Assembly: GCA_002269645.1 (NCBI GenBank) | Contig: NIVC01000151.1 | Coordinates: 744,001 to 808,000, forward strand | DNA: 64,000 nt | Direction of reading: 5' to 3' | Source of the DNA: Macrostomum lignano | Lineage: Eukaryota | Part shown: in pieces, positions 9,831 through 22,280 of the stretch | Position numbering within the stretch: position 1 is the first letter of the stretch | How the letters are laid out: the number at the start of each line of letters is the position of its first letter | The notes under the pieces: generated by a model | The model's database searches: none | What the model saw: only the letters and a program-made list of their open reading frames with translations | Told to the model about the DNA's origin: nothing | Made by a program: the position numbers and the translations under genes

Positions 9831-11109
9831 AGACAACTTTTAGCCTGTTTGAGACAATGATGCGTCAAATACTTCATTGTATACGTAAATACGACTCGAG
9901 CTATATTTATTAGCTCATGTTTTGTTTTAATCTGTTATTTTGGATATTGATTCTGCTTGTTTATTCACCTCTTGTTTTCAAAGAGAGGCATAAATATAAA
10001 GAATATATGCCATTTGGTTTGGCCATAGACATCGGCCGCGGGCAAATATCGTTGGTTTCACCCTCATTTCGACACGCCCTGGCCTGCCATAATTAATCTA
10101 TGCAATTGGGTTAGCATGCGCATTTACAATGTTATATTCAGCGGACTTGTAGAATTTAAAGCAAAGCTTACACGAGGCCTGCATTACTACACGCATATAA
10201 ATTGTGACTGCATTGTGATTGGTTGATTGTAAAAAGTAAAATCACAATGTCGAATGCCCACTCAGTTTTTTCCTGATGAATGTCAGAGCACATACAGTAC
10301 GTACAGTCCGCACTGGAGGCATTTCCATGTCAATTGTATTTGGTTCGAGTTCAGGGTTTGATTGAGGAACCAGTAAAGTATTAGCGTATACACATGTTAT
10401 CAGTAAAATCTTTAAGAGGAAATTTAGGAGGTTTACTCTTAATATACTGAAATATACTCGTGTACTCATAGCTATAATCAAACCATGCCAGTTCTACGGT
10501 AGCAATGTAAATTGTTTCAAAATATAACAAACGAAAAAATAGACATTGAAGCATACACAAGAAGTTAAATAAGTTTTAGAGTAAACCCTTGTAGTGTGTT
10601 TTTGATATAAAGTAAACTGCAATCAAAACAGGTAAATAACTAAGCGAAAATCCAGCGAAGTTCAATTGAAAATATCAAAATACTACAAATATTCCATGAA
10701 AAACTGTAATATTTGGTTTTTGAGGTACGATACCTAACGTTTTAAAGTCACGAATACAGTTTTATGAAATACATTAAATTGTTTAGGCTTATTAGAAGTA
10801 ATTGTTCGTCGTTTTTTAGTGTTTATTTTTATTAAATTTGCCACTTCTGTATTCATTTTAACTTTAAGTATATCAATACTTAGCTGGACTGTAAGAAACG
10901 CAGCATCATTTGTCTACTTTATAAAAAGCTTTATCTGAAAAGGATAAAATTTCCTCCTAAGCGCAAAAGTGGGATCAATTCAAAATAAAGTATTCAAAAA
11001 ACGTTTCATTTTGGTATCTGTTGTTGTAGTTGCATTGTCATTTCTTATTACCAACAATGCAGTATTAGAATTTAAAATGTATTCAAGTTACAAGGCACAG
11101 TCTCTTGCA

Positions 11110-14100
11110 ATGAAAAATCTTAAAACCCTTCTTATCTCAGCAAATGTAGGATCATTGTTTGATGATGTAAGTGCTATTGCTGATTGAGGCAAGTAAATTT
11201 TAGTATGATCATCATGGTTGATTGATTTATTTAATATAGGTTCACCTTGTTTTTAATAGAAATTCATTAAAACATTAAAACATTAAACAACAATCTAGTT
11301 AATAACTGATGATGTCATTGTCATTAATTTAGGTTTGTTATTTGTGTTTTTTAGTTCATTTTTAAACTAATAGAGTATTTTTGTGTTTATAACTAAACTA
11401 TTGTATAGATATAATTTTCATGGATTTTTACTAGCAGCTAATTTGCATCAGACTTTTAACTCCTAACCTTAATCAGAAATAAATAAGTTTATGTAATTAT
11501 TTATATATTTTGCTGCATATAATTTCACACAACCAAGTGCATATTTATTTTGTCTTGTTCATATTACATCCTTATAAACATCTGGATTTGCTATAAATCT
11601 TTACAACCATACCTTCTCCATGGCAAAACCTTCAAATTCTATAAAATATTTAAATCAATCTTCTAGCAGATGTAAAAAATTATAACAATTGTTTTAAATT
11701 CTTGAACTCTACTGCCTGTCCTCCCTATCTCTAGAATCACATTTCAAATTTTAGCCCGAGAATCTCTTCAAGAAGTGGCTGAATCAGTTCTATCAGGTGC
11801 GTTGTTTAAAACAAATAAAAATTATGCTGCTTGTTTAAAACTTTAAGCTATACTCGTGAAGCGAATCGCACCATCGCCCACCTTTGAGACGAGAACCGCG
11901 GGCCTGGTGTGAATTGCGTCACTTGCGGCTCTGAGATCTGAGAAAAGTTGCCCACTGGTTTCCGGGGTGGAAACTTTAACATTTTGCTGAGGGTATTTGA
12001 TATCTGGATGTCAAGAGTGCACAAACTGCCAATTATGCAGGTCGTCAGGGACAAAGACCCCGACTTCATCGCTCTGCACTGCCAGGAGGTCGGCGGTAAA
12101 AACTTTGCCCAGTCAATGCCGAACGTGAAAAAGTGGATTCAGTAAGATTACTGTAATGATTGATGATCGGTAGGCGAGCAGACTGATTGATTGATGATCA
12201 ATGGGCGAGCAGATTGATTGATTGATTGATGATCGATGGGCGAGCAGATTGACTGATTGATTGATGATCGATGGGCGAGCAGATTGACTGATTGATTGAT
12301 GATCGATGGGCGAGCAGATTGATTGATTGATTGATGATCGATGAGAAGGAGATTGATTGATTGATGATCGGTGGGCGAGCAGACTGATTGATTGATGATC
12401 GGTGGGCGAGCAGATTGATTGATTGATTGATGATCGATGGGCGAGCAGACTGATTGATTGATGATCGATAGGCGAGCAGATTGATTGATTGATGATCGAT
12501 GGGAAGGAGATTGATTGATTTATTGCTTTAGTAAGGAGTTAGTTGATTTTGATAGATATTGGCATTATCAATGACTCACCTGTAATCAATTCTGCAGAGA
12601 TCTCCTGGCGTCGCCAGACCTAAAAAGTTATGACAGAGTTCGCATATTCCTAGACGAAGACTTCAAAACTGCTGAAACCTTCACGGTTCGTGCTGGCTCT
12701 GAGTCTGTTGTGGACCACAGAAATGAGAATCACCCATTCCATAGACAGAACAGAGCCATGACCCTCATAGAGCCACGATCCTCACGCACAGACTCACAAA
12801 GTCTACAGAGCTATAAGCTTATAACCGACATCACCCATAGATATATCGCCAACCGCACCCATATAGCCATGACTCACTGATCTCACAGAGCCATGACTCA
12901 CTGATCTCACAGAGCCATGACTCACTGATCCCACAGAGCCATGACTCACTGATCCCACAGAGCCATGACTCACTGATCCCACAGAGCCATGACTCACTGA
13001 TCCCACAGAGCCATGACTCACTGATCCCATCCCTCCACAGGCCCTGGGCTCGCTCTACTTCGTACACTCGCGAGTTGCTGACATCCGCATCTGGGACTTC
13101 GCCAGCTCCGACTTTGTCAACGTTAAAGACACCAAGGTGAGTCTGGGAGCTCTCGTGACGGACATTCAGGTTTATTTTGAACCCAACTGAGAACCCATGG
13201 TATTGATAATTATTGAAAATCTCACCCTGACCCACACTGAGAATCTCACCCTGACCCACACTGAGAATCTCACCCTGACCCACACTGAGAATCTCACCCT
13301 GACCCACACTGAGAATCTCACCCTGACCCACACTGAGAATCTCACCCTGACCCACACTGAGAATCTCACCCTGACCCACACTGAGAATCTCACCCTGACC
13401 CACACTGAGAATCTCACCCTGACCCACACTGAGAATCTCACCCTGACCCACACTGAGAATCTCACCCTGACCCACACTGAGAATCTCACCCTGACCCACA
13501 CTGAGAATCTCACCCTGACCCACACTGAGAATCTCACCCTGACCCACACTGAGAATCTCACCCTGACCCACACTGAGAATCTCACCCTGACCCACACTGA
13601 GAATCTCACCCTGACCCACATTGAGAAACTCACCCTGACCCACACTGAGAATCTCACCCTGACCCTGACCCACACTGAGAATCTCACCCTGACCCACACT
13701 GAGAATCTCACCCTGACCCACATTGAGAATCTCACCGTGACCCACACTGAGAATCTCACCCTGACCCACATTGAGAATCTCACCGTGACCCACACTGAGA
13801 ATCTCACCCTGACCCACACTGAGAATCTCCTCCTGACCCACACTGAGAATCTCACCCTGACCCACACTGAGAATCTCACCCTGACCCACACTGAGAATCT
13901 CACCCTGACCCACACTGAGAATCTCACCCTGACCCACACTGAGAATCTCACACTGACCCACACTGAGAATCTCACCCTGACCCACACTGAGAATCTCACC
14001 CTGACCCACACTGAGAATCTCACCCTGACCCACACTGAGAATCTCACCCTGACCCACACTGAGAATCTGACCCTGACCCACACACTGAGAATCTCACCCT

Positions 14101-17100
14101 GACCCACACTGAGAATCTCACCCTGACCCACACTGAGAATCTCACCCTGACCCACATTGAGATTCTCACCCTGACCCAAATATAGAATCTCCTCCTGACC
14201 CACACTGAGGATCTCACCCTGACCCACACTGAGGATCTTACCCTGACCCACACTGAAAATCTGACCCGGATTGTCTGACATGGTGGCTCTTTTATATCCG
14301 CGCCATCTGATACTGCAGAGTCTGCTCCGAGATCTGTGGCTTCTTTGCACTCCGAAATCTGCTTCCACCCGGATCTGTTTGACTTGCCTTTGGCTATCGA
14401 CCCGCTCCAGACGGACTGACGCCTCTCTTCAAAGCCAGCCCGATGTCAATAAATATTTGAGCAGCCATCGTCTCTGCTCTGCTCCGAACTCTGAGTTCTC
14501 CCGTGCACTTTTGATCCCCCACTGAGTCTGCGAGGCCAAACCCCAGCCATTAATCTCTAAGCCGCACAGAGCCCCCTCAAACCCGTCTGCCAAAAACGGC
14601 TGCCAGATTTTTGCCTTCTGGCGGCTCCAGCTGATGCGCTGGGATCGCCTCGTCCGGATTGCAGCACGCCGAGGCTGCGGCTTTTATGATATTGTGCTGC
14701 ATTGATTAATTAGAAAGAGTCAGGAGCGAGGCCTAGCGACTGGGGATCTGGGAGGCTAGCCCAGCAACTGAGGATCTGGGAGGCTGGCCCAGCAACTGAG
14801 AATCTGGGAGGCTGGCCCAGTAACTGAGGATCTGGGAGGCTGGCCCAGCAACTGAGGATCTGGGAGGCTGGCCCAGCAACTGAGGATCTGGGAGGCTGGC
14901 CCAGCAACTGAGGATCTGGGAGGCTGGCCCAGCAACTGAGGATCTGGGAGGCTGGCCCAGCAACTGAGGATCTTGGGGACTGGCCCAGCAAATGAGGATC
15001 TGGGGGACTGGCCCAGCAACTGGGGATCTGGGAGGCTGGCCCAGCAACTGAGGATTTGAGAGGCTGGCCCAGCAACTGAGGGTCTTTGAGTTGGCCCAGC
15101 AACTGAGAAGCTGGGAGGCTGGCCCAGCAACTGAGGGTCTTTGGGTTGGCCCAGCAGCTGAGGGTCTTTGGGTTGGCTCAGCAACTGAGGAGCTGGGAGG
15201 CTGGCCCAGCTACTGAGGATCTGGGAGGCTAACCCAGCAACTGAGGATCTGAGACGGTTGCCCAGCAACTGAGGATCTTGGGGACTGGCCCAGCAAATGA
15301 GGATCTGGGGGACTGGCCCAGCAACTGAGGATCTGGGGGACTGGCCCAGCAAATGAGGATCTGGGGGACTGGCCCAGCAACTGAGGATTTGAGAGAGCGG
15401 CGCAGCAACTGAGGATCTGAGGGACGGGCCCAGCAACTGAGGATCTGAGAGGGCGGCCCAGCAACTGAGGATCTGGGGGACTCGCCCAGCAACTGAGGAT
15501 TTGAGAGAGCGGCCCAGCAACTGAGTATTTGAATCTTTACCTTCGTATTGCTCTTTTTCTCTCATGCGATTATTAAGTTCTCTCGTTGAAATCTTGTCAT
15601 TTAACGCACGCCGACGTTGCTTTTAGGTCTACGACGGGTCCATCGAATCGGTGGGCGAAAAGGACAAGCAGAAATTTCCATTGGAACTTTTTCCCAATGT
15701 GAGTTGTCTGCCATGTGTGTTGCCATGTGTGTTGTCTGCCATGTGTGTTGTCTGCCATGTGTGTTGCCATGTGTGTTGTCTGCCATGTGTGTTGTCTGCC
15801 ATGTGTGTTGTCTTCCATGTGTGTTGTTGTCATGTGAGTTGTCTGCCATGTGTGTTGTTGGCATTGGTGTTTGCATTTGTCACTTGGTGCGAGCCCGCTG
15901 GGCTCATGTACACCTGGTGTTAGCCCACCTGGGCTCATGTACACCTGGTGTTAGCCCACCTGGGCTCATGTACACCTGGTGCTAGCCCATCTGGGCTCAT
16001 GTACACCTGGTGTTAGCCCACCTGGGCTCGTGTACACCTGGTGCTAGCCCACCTGGGCTCATGTACACCTGGTGCTAGCCCACCTGGGCTCATGTACACC
16101 TGGTGCTAGCCTACCTCAGCCCCTTATGTACCCGGTGCCGGGTGCTACCCCAGTTTAATATCAATCGGCCTTGCAGCTCCCGCCCTCCGTTCGGCCCGCA
16201 GCGCACCTGGTCTCGCAAAGGCTACATGCGCACCCGCTGGCAGGTGGGGCGGCTCAGCTTTGACTTAGTCAATGTGCACCTGTTTCACGACGACTCAAAT
16301 CTGGAGAGCATGTCTCGGGTAAGTTTGGCAGATAGGCAGATATCGCAGAAGCATTGTTCTATTTATAGGGCAGTCATCCAATAGGCAGATATAATTTTAT
16401 ATGATTTTATAGTTATCCCATAGGATGTGGCAGTTACTCTGCAGGATGTGGATGTCACAGACGGCAGTTATCCAGTAGTAATAAATGTCAGTTATCCAGT
16501 GGCCACAGGCGGCAGTTATCCAGTAGCCACAGGCAGCAGTTATCCAGTGGCCACAGGCGGCAGTTATCCAGTAGCCACAGGCGGCAGTTATCCAGTAGTC
16601 ACAGACGGCAGTTATCCAATAGTAATAAATGTCAGTTATCCAGTAGTCACAGACGGCAGATATCCAGTAGCCACAGACGGCAGTTATCCAGTAGCCACAG
16701 GCGGCAGTTATCCAGTAGTCACAGACGGCAGTTATCCAGTAGTCACAGACGGCAAATATCCAGTAGTCACAGGCGGCAGATATCCAATCATAGCAGCCGC
16801 TCTGTCCCGCAGACGCCGTCCATCTACGCGGACTTCAGACGCGGCGCTTTCAACTGGACGCTCGACCAGCTGCGCAACGGGTCGGCGAGCATCGAACTCC
16901 CGACCTTTCTGTTCGGCGACTTCAACTTCCGCCTGGACATGGTCGGCTATCTCAGGGTTGGGCCTCCGAGTTTCGCCAATGTTTGCCTGTGAAATACCGT
17001 GGACAGCTCGGGCTCAGCTCCCCAATTCCCCTGTGGAATTCCCCTCGGCTCAGCTCCCCAATTCCCCTGTGGAATTCCCCCCGGCTCAGCTCCCCAATTC

Positions 17101-19491
17101 CCCTGTGGAATTCCCCTCGGCTCAGCTCCCCAATTCCCCTGTGGAATTCCCCCCGGCTCAGCTCCCCAATTCCCCTGTGGAATTCCCCCCGGCTCAAGCT
17201 TCCGTTTTTTCTTGCACAGGCGGTCGCGGACGGCGCCGAGCGGCGGGAGCAGTCGGACAAGAGCGGCCGGCCGAGCCGCGTCGACTTCCTGGCCGCCGGT
17301 AACGGCGAGAACGGCGGCTGCCTGCTGTCGGTGGGCAAGAAGCTGTTCGAGCGGCGCTCGGACAACGGCGCTAATGAGTTCTATGAGAACAAGAACTGCT
17401 GGGTGAGACTGTGCTGAGTGCATGATGTGCGAATGGTGTGGGACTGATGTATGAATTATGTGTTAATGATGTGCGACTGATGTGATAATTATGTGACTGA
17501 TGTGATAATGATAAATCAGATGATGAGATGATGAATGATGATAATATGAATTATGTGATAACGATGTGTGACTAATGTGATAATGATGTGTGACTGATGT
17601 GATAATGATGTGCGAATGGTTGATAATGATGTGCGAATGGTGTGTGGCTGAAGCACTTACATCACTGCATGGCCGCAGCTCCCCGCATACCTCACTGCCG
17701 CCCCCATCGCAGCTTAACGAACTCGACTTCGAGCTGAAATCGTTCGACCAGCACCTGTTTGAGTTCCCCGTGACCTTCCCGCCGACCTACCCGTTCAGCG
17801 AGGACTGCCAGGCGCCGGGCGCGGCCACCGACTACATGGCCACCCGCCTGCCCGGCTGGTGCGACCGCGTGCTCTGCAGCCACTCCGCCCGGCGCGCCCT
17901 GCTGTGCCCGCCAGACCAGCCGACTCAGTACGCCGTCCTCGGCCTGGACGACTGCCTGGGCGACCACAAGCCCGTGTTCCTCTCCACCCTGCTGTGCACC
18001 GCGGCAGATGCCGAAGGTAAGGATCAGCAAAGTTGGAGTTCCGATGGTCCACCAGGCTGTTTGTGTACACCTGTAGCTGTGTTGTCGGTAGCTGGTGCAC
18101 CCTGTAGCTGGTGCACCTGTAGCTGGCACACCTGTAGCTGGTACACCTGTAGCTTGTACACCTGTAGCTGGTGCACCTGTAGCTGGTACACCTTTACATG
18201 TAGCTGGTACACCTTTACATGTAGCTGGTACACCTGTAGCTGCATGGTACACCTGTAGCTGGTACATGTATTACTTGAAGACTGAGTACTTTAAAGAATT
18301 TCTAGAATCGAACCAGTATAGCCCGAGTCTGGAGGTCAGGGAGTAATTAATGAACCAGTGGCAAGCACTAGACTGGTGTTTTGGTGCATTTATCGTACAT
18401 ATGTACTTTTCTCAGCATTGAGTGTGTTGCCAGTTGCTACCCAAAGCCTTAGTCCGCATTGCCTAAACAGATGACTAAACATTGATTGATGACATTCTCT
18501 TTCAGAAGAAAGCCACAGTGAGCTGTGACCGAGTAGGTTTTTGCTTTTTCTGCCTCCCAATTTACTCCCGCCCTAATCTGTACTTTGCTTCTCTCCTCTT
18601 CTGTTTTCCTCAATTGTTTTCTTAGAGTTTTTAACATTTAGTTTACTTGCTGTAGCATCTCAAGGGTCTTCTATTATTGATTGGCAGCTAATTGTCTGAG
18701 CTGGCCTGCTGGAGTGCCGGCAACTTGAGGCTCGCCTTGAGTTCGCACACCATTAAGTCGCAAACAGCATCATGCTGTACTTTTATTGGATTTTGACTGT
18801 CTTGAATTTTATGCTGACTTTATTCAACTCTGTCTGTCTCTTCTCCCTCCCCCGCCTGTCTCCTTCCCTCAGTGCCTGTCTTCTTCCCTCACCGCCTGTC
18901 TCCTTCCCTCACCGCCTGTCTCCCCTCACCGCCTGTCTCCTTCCCTCACCGCCTGTCTCCTTCCCTCACCGCCTGTCTCCTTCCCTCACCGCCTGTCTCC
19001 TTCCCTCACCGCCTGTCTCCTTCCCTCACCGCCTGTCTCCTCCTTCCCTCAGTGCCTGTCTCCTTCCCTCACCGCCTATCTCCTCCCCTCCCCTGCCTGT
19101 CTCTTCCCCTCACTGCCTGTCTCTCCCCCCTCCTTCGCCTGTCTCCTCTCCCGCTCCTCATGTCCCTCTTCCTCAAAGAGTATTCTTAATTATGTTATCT
19201 TAATTCCCATGCGGATGTGACTGCTAGCCTTCAGTGAGATTCTTAGTGGCATGCAGTGTTCTGCTAGATGCCAATTTCTCAGACAAACCGCTTGCCTTCC
19301 TCCCCCCCCCAACAGCCGATGCCGCCGGCTGCATCCTGGACCCCGCCGACATGCCGTCCCCGCCGCTACTCAGCCGGCTGCTCGACCAGCCGGGCGTACA
19401 GGTGAAGCTGACGGACCGCAACGGGGCGGTGTACGCCCACGTGCGCCGGGACGGCACCACAATCTGCGTGTTCAGGGAGACTGCGGTGTGA
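11110..19491 (+). CDS. INPP5A: Type I inositol 1,4,5-trisphosphate 5-phosphatase, 11 exons, about 459 aa
   Basis: Exons 11110-11166, 11755-11796, 12041-12141, 12598-12685, 13041-13136, 15627-15698, 16202-16318, 16813-16956, 17220-17402, 17713-18016, 19316-19491. All GT-AG and phase-consistent. Motifs LLISANVGSLFDD, FIALHCQEVGGK, WSRKGYMRTRW, NVHLFHDDSNL, FGDFNFRLD, PPTYPFSED, PGWCDRVL, GDHKPVFL. Confidence 0.95.
12160..12525. repeat. GATT-rich minisatellite (gatcgatgggcgagcagattgattgattgat), INPP5A intron 3
   Basis: About 11 variable-length tandem copies. Confidence 0.9.
12760..13030. repeat. 24-bp minisatellite (gactcactgatcccacagagccat) abutting the exon 5 acceptor
   Basis: Tandem copies, each containing cccacag|ag, similar to the real acceptor ccacag|gc. 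Confidence 0.9.
13218..14262. repeat. 24-bp minisatellite (ctcaccctgacccacactgagaat), about 43 copies
   Basis: Highly homogeneous tandem array in INPP5A intron 5. Confidence 0.95.
14745..15525. repeat. 28-bp minisatellite (cccagcaactgaggatctgggaggctgg)
   Basis: Tandem array in INPP5A intron 5. Confidence 0.95.
15694..15855. repeat. 16/12-bp minisatellite (gtgtgttgtctgccat) starting at the exon 6 donor
   Basis: The unit mirrors the junction caat|gtgagttgtctg. Confidence 0.85.
15893..16110. repeat. 31-bp minisatellite (cacctgggctcatgtacacctggtgctagcc)
   Basis: About 7 copies, intron 6. Confidence 0.9.
16455..16785. repeat. 24-bp minisatellite (cagttatccagtagtcacagacgg)
   Basis: About 14 copies, intron 7. 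Confidence 0.9.
17008..17195. repeat. 36-bp minisatellite (ggctcagctccccaattcccctgtggaattccccc...)
   Basis: About 5 copies, intron 8. Confidence 0.9.
18090..18265. repeat. 15-bp minisatellite (cacctgtagctggta)
   Basis: Tandem copies, intron 10. Confidence 0.85.
18845..19135. repeat. 20-bp pyrimidine-rich minisatellite (ttccctcaccgcctgtctcc)
   Basis: Tandem copies, intron 10. Confidence 0.9.
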
Positions 19492-19512
19492 CGGCACATC
19501 TGATCTCAATCG

Positions 19513-19960
19513 AGCTGGGATAGCGGTTGATACAGCTGGGATAGCAGTTAATTGAGTTTGGATAGCGGTTGATTGAGGTGGGATAGCGGTTGATACAGCT
19601 GGGATAGCAGTTAATTGAGTTTGGATAGCGGTTGATTGAGGTGGGATAGCGGTTGATACAGCTGGAATAGCAGTTAATTGGAGCTTGGATAGCGGTTGAT
19701 TGAGGTGGGATAGCGGTTGATACAGCTGGGATAGCAGTTAATTGAGTTTGGATAGCGGTTGATTGAGGTGGGATAGCGGTTGATACAGCTGGAATAGCAG
19801 TTAATTGGAGCTTGGATAGCGGTTGATTGAGGTGGGATAGCGGTTGATACAGCTGGAATAGCAGTTAATTGAGTTTGGATAGCGGTTGATTGAGGTGGGA
19901 TAGCGGTTGATACAGCTGGAATAGCAGTTAATTGGAGCTTGGATAGCGGTTGATTGAGCT
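19513..19960. repeat. About 63-bp higher-order repeat of 21-bp ggatagcggttga-type subunits, INPP5A 3' UTR
   Basis: Starts about 22 nt after the stop codon; about 7 higher-order units. Confidence 0.9.
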
Positions 19961-20744
19961 GTGATATTGAGCTGATGGCTACTATATACAATTATCTAGT
20001 CCTATTGCTTAAACAATTTGCTGTAACCTCGTTCATAAATCTTTATTATCTGATCAAGTGGGCAGCGAATCCAATTCTGTTTTTGGCTTCGCCCATCCTG
20101 TCGATACAAACCATTTTCCCATATTCAAACAGTTATTGGAGTTTCACCCTGCTTTGATTTTTGTGCTTTATTATTTACTGTATCGCCACTCCCGCACACA
20201 TTTTTAACCGCGTACACAAGTTTAGAGATTTTTTGTCTTTTTAGATTTGTTATTGCATTATTTTTGAATTCTGGCAATGCGAATGCTGACCATACTACTG
20301 CATAACTCAGCAGTAGACTCGATAGAAAGTTCTTAATGTATTATTTTATTTTACAGCTGTTTTATCGCCCTTTCTCTCCCATTCTGTGGCATATCGCACC
20401 GGCTGACTCCAGTTTCCAGCATAACTGATAAAATGCAAAAACAGTTCTGCGTTGCTGCCACTGCTTTTACAAAGCGCAACGCTCTTCTTGAGCAAAGCTT
20501 TAAGTGTCGTGAGGCTAGTCAGCGTGCGTGTTTATTCTAGTGGCTTTTACAGTTTTACATGCATCCCCAGCATCACAATTTTTACTCTGGAACCTCCGCA
20601 GTTACCACGCTAGGTGTAGCCAGGGGGGGGGGCAAAAACTGTCGCGCCAGCCCGCTCATTTGGCAATCCCTGCACAGCAGGTTCAGCTCCTTTGGTCGCA
20701 ATCTTAGCAGTTCCCCAATAAGCTGCTAGCGACCCTACGATAGT

Positions 20745-21150
20745 GTGTCTTACGATGTCACCCCAGGATGTCACTCTAAGATGTCACCCCAAGATGTACT
20801 ACCCCAGGATGTCACGCCAAGATTTCACCCGAAAGATGTCCCCATAGAATGCCAATCCAGGATGCCGTCACCTCAGGATGTCACCCCAAGATGCACTACA
20901 CCAGGATGTTACCCCGGGATGTCACTACCCCAGGATGTCACTACCCCAGGATGTCACCTTTGGATGTTACCCCGGGATGTCACTACCCCAGGATGTCACT
21001 ACCCCAGGATGTTACCCCAGGATGTCACCCCAAGATGGCGGCCCCAGGATGTCACCCCAAGATGGCGGCCCCAGGATGTCACCCCAAAATGGCGGCCCCA
21101 GGATGTCACCCCAAAATGGCGGCCCCAGGATGTCACCCCTGGATGTCGCC
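20745..21150. repeat. ccccaggatgtcac-type minisatellite
   Basis: Variable tandem array between the convergent INPP5A and NEMP genes. Confidence 0.85.
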
Positions 21151-21660
21151 ACAAGATGACGACTTGACAATCAAAAACCTGGCTACGCCCCTTGTTGGGA
21201 AACGTTTTTCGTGATTAATTTCATCAGTTTTGAGTAGCAGACCAGCAAATTTGATAAGCCACGCACATTTATAGAAAAATAGAACGGCTATTGCACTGTG
21301 CCCGCTGTATTTTCTCCTTAACGATCAAACATCAAGCAAGATGAAGTCCTTGCTTTTAACTGTGTTCGTTCAATAAAGCCATGCAAGTACATGTAGGTCA
21401 CAACCAAACAGCTGGCTCACTGGGACCCTGGCCAATATCAAATCATTTGTACATGAGAGAAATGCAAAAGTAGTCAGAACATTAGCACTCATCTATACTG
21501 ACTGAATGCAAAAGTTACGGTAATAGAAAATTGATAATTGCCAAAATAAACAAGAGATTAGAATACAAGCAACTTCGCTCAAGTGCCGAGTGCACAACAC
21601 TAAACTGCTGTATTCTGGGCGGAAGAGAAAATGTGCAAATTTGCGAAATAGAAATAGGAA

Positions 21661-22280
21661 ATCCCAGCTCAGTCAGTGAGGGAGCCACCGGACATCCCAG
21701 CTCAGTCAGTGAGGGAGCCACCGGACACCTCAGCTCAGTCAGTGAGGGAGCCATCGGACACCCCAGCTCAATCAGTGAGGGAGCCACCGGACACCTCAGC
21801 TCAGTCAGTGAGGGAGCCACCGGACATCCCAGCTCAGTCAGTGAGGGAGCCACCGGACACCCCAGCTCAGTCAGTGAGGGAGCCACCGGACATCCCAGCT
21901 CAGTCAGTGAGGGAGCCACCGGACATCCCAGCTCAGTCAGTGAGGGAGCCACCGGACATCCCAGCTCAGTCAGTGAGGGAGCCACCGGACACCTCAGCTC
22001 AGTCAGTGAGGGAGCCATGGGACACCCCAGCTCAGTCAGTGAGGGAGCCACCGGACATCCCAGCTCAGTCAGTGAGGGAGCCATCGGACACCTCAGCTCA
22101 GTCAGTGAGGGAGCCATCGGACACCTCAGCTCAGTCAGTGAGGGAGCCATCGGACACCCCAGCTCAATCAGTGAGGGAGCCACCGGACACCCCAGCTCAG
22201 TCAGTGAGAGAGCCACCGGACATCCCAGCTCAGTCAGTGAGGGAGCCACCGGACACCCCAGCTCAGTCAGTGAGGGAGCC
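21661..22280. repeat. 33-bp minisatellite overlapping the NEMP stop codon, about 19 copies
   Basis: Unit atcccagctcagtcagtgagggagccaccggac. The last copy supplies the final 18 nt of the CDS (GSLTD*). Confidence 0.95.

Noticed and set aside
12803-15565. Long ORFs such as (ILSVGQGE)n, (VWVRVRFS)n, (LTLTHTEN)n, (PQLLGQPP)n
   Set aside because: Translations of intronic minisatellites that are open in several frames on both strands; they lie inside INPP5A introns.
17590-18258. Cys/Trp-rich alternative C-terminus of INPP5A (CSWYT repeats)
   Set aside because: Read-through from exon 10 into a 15-bp intronic minisatellite; a strong GTAAGG donor is present at 18017.
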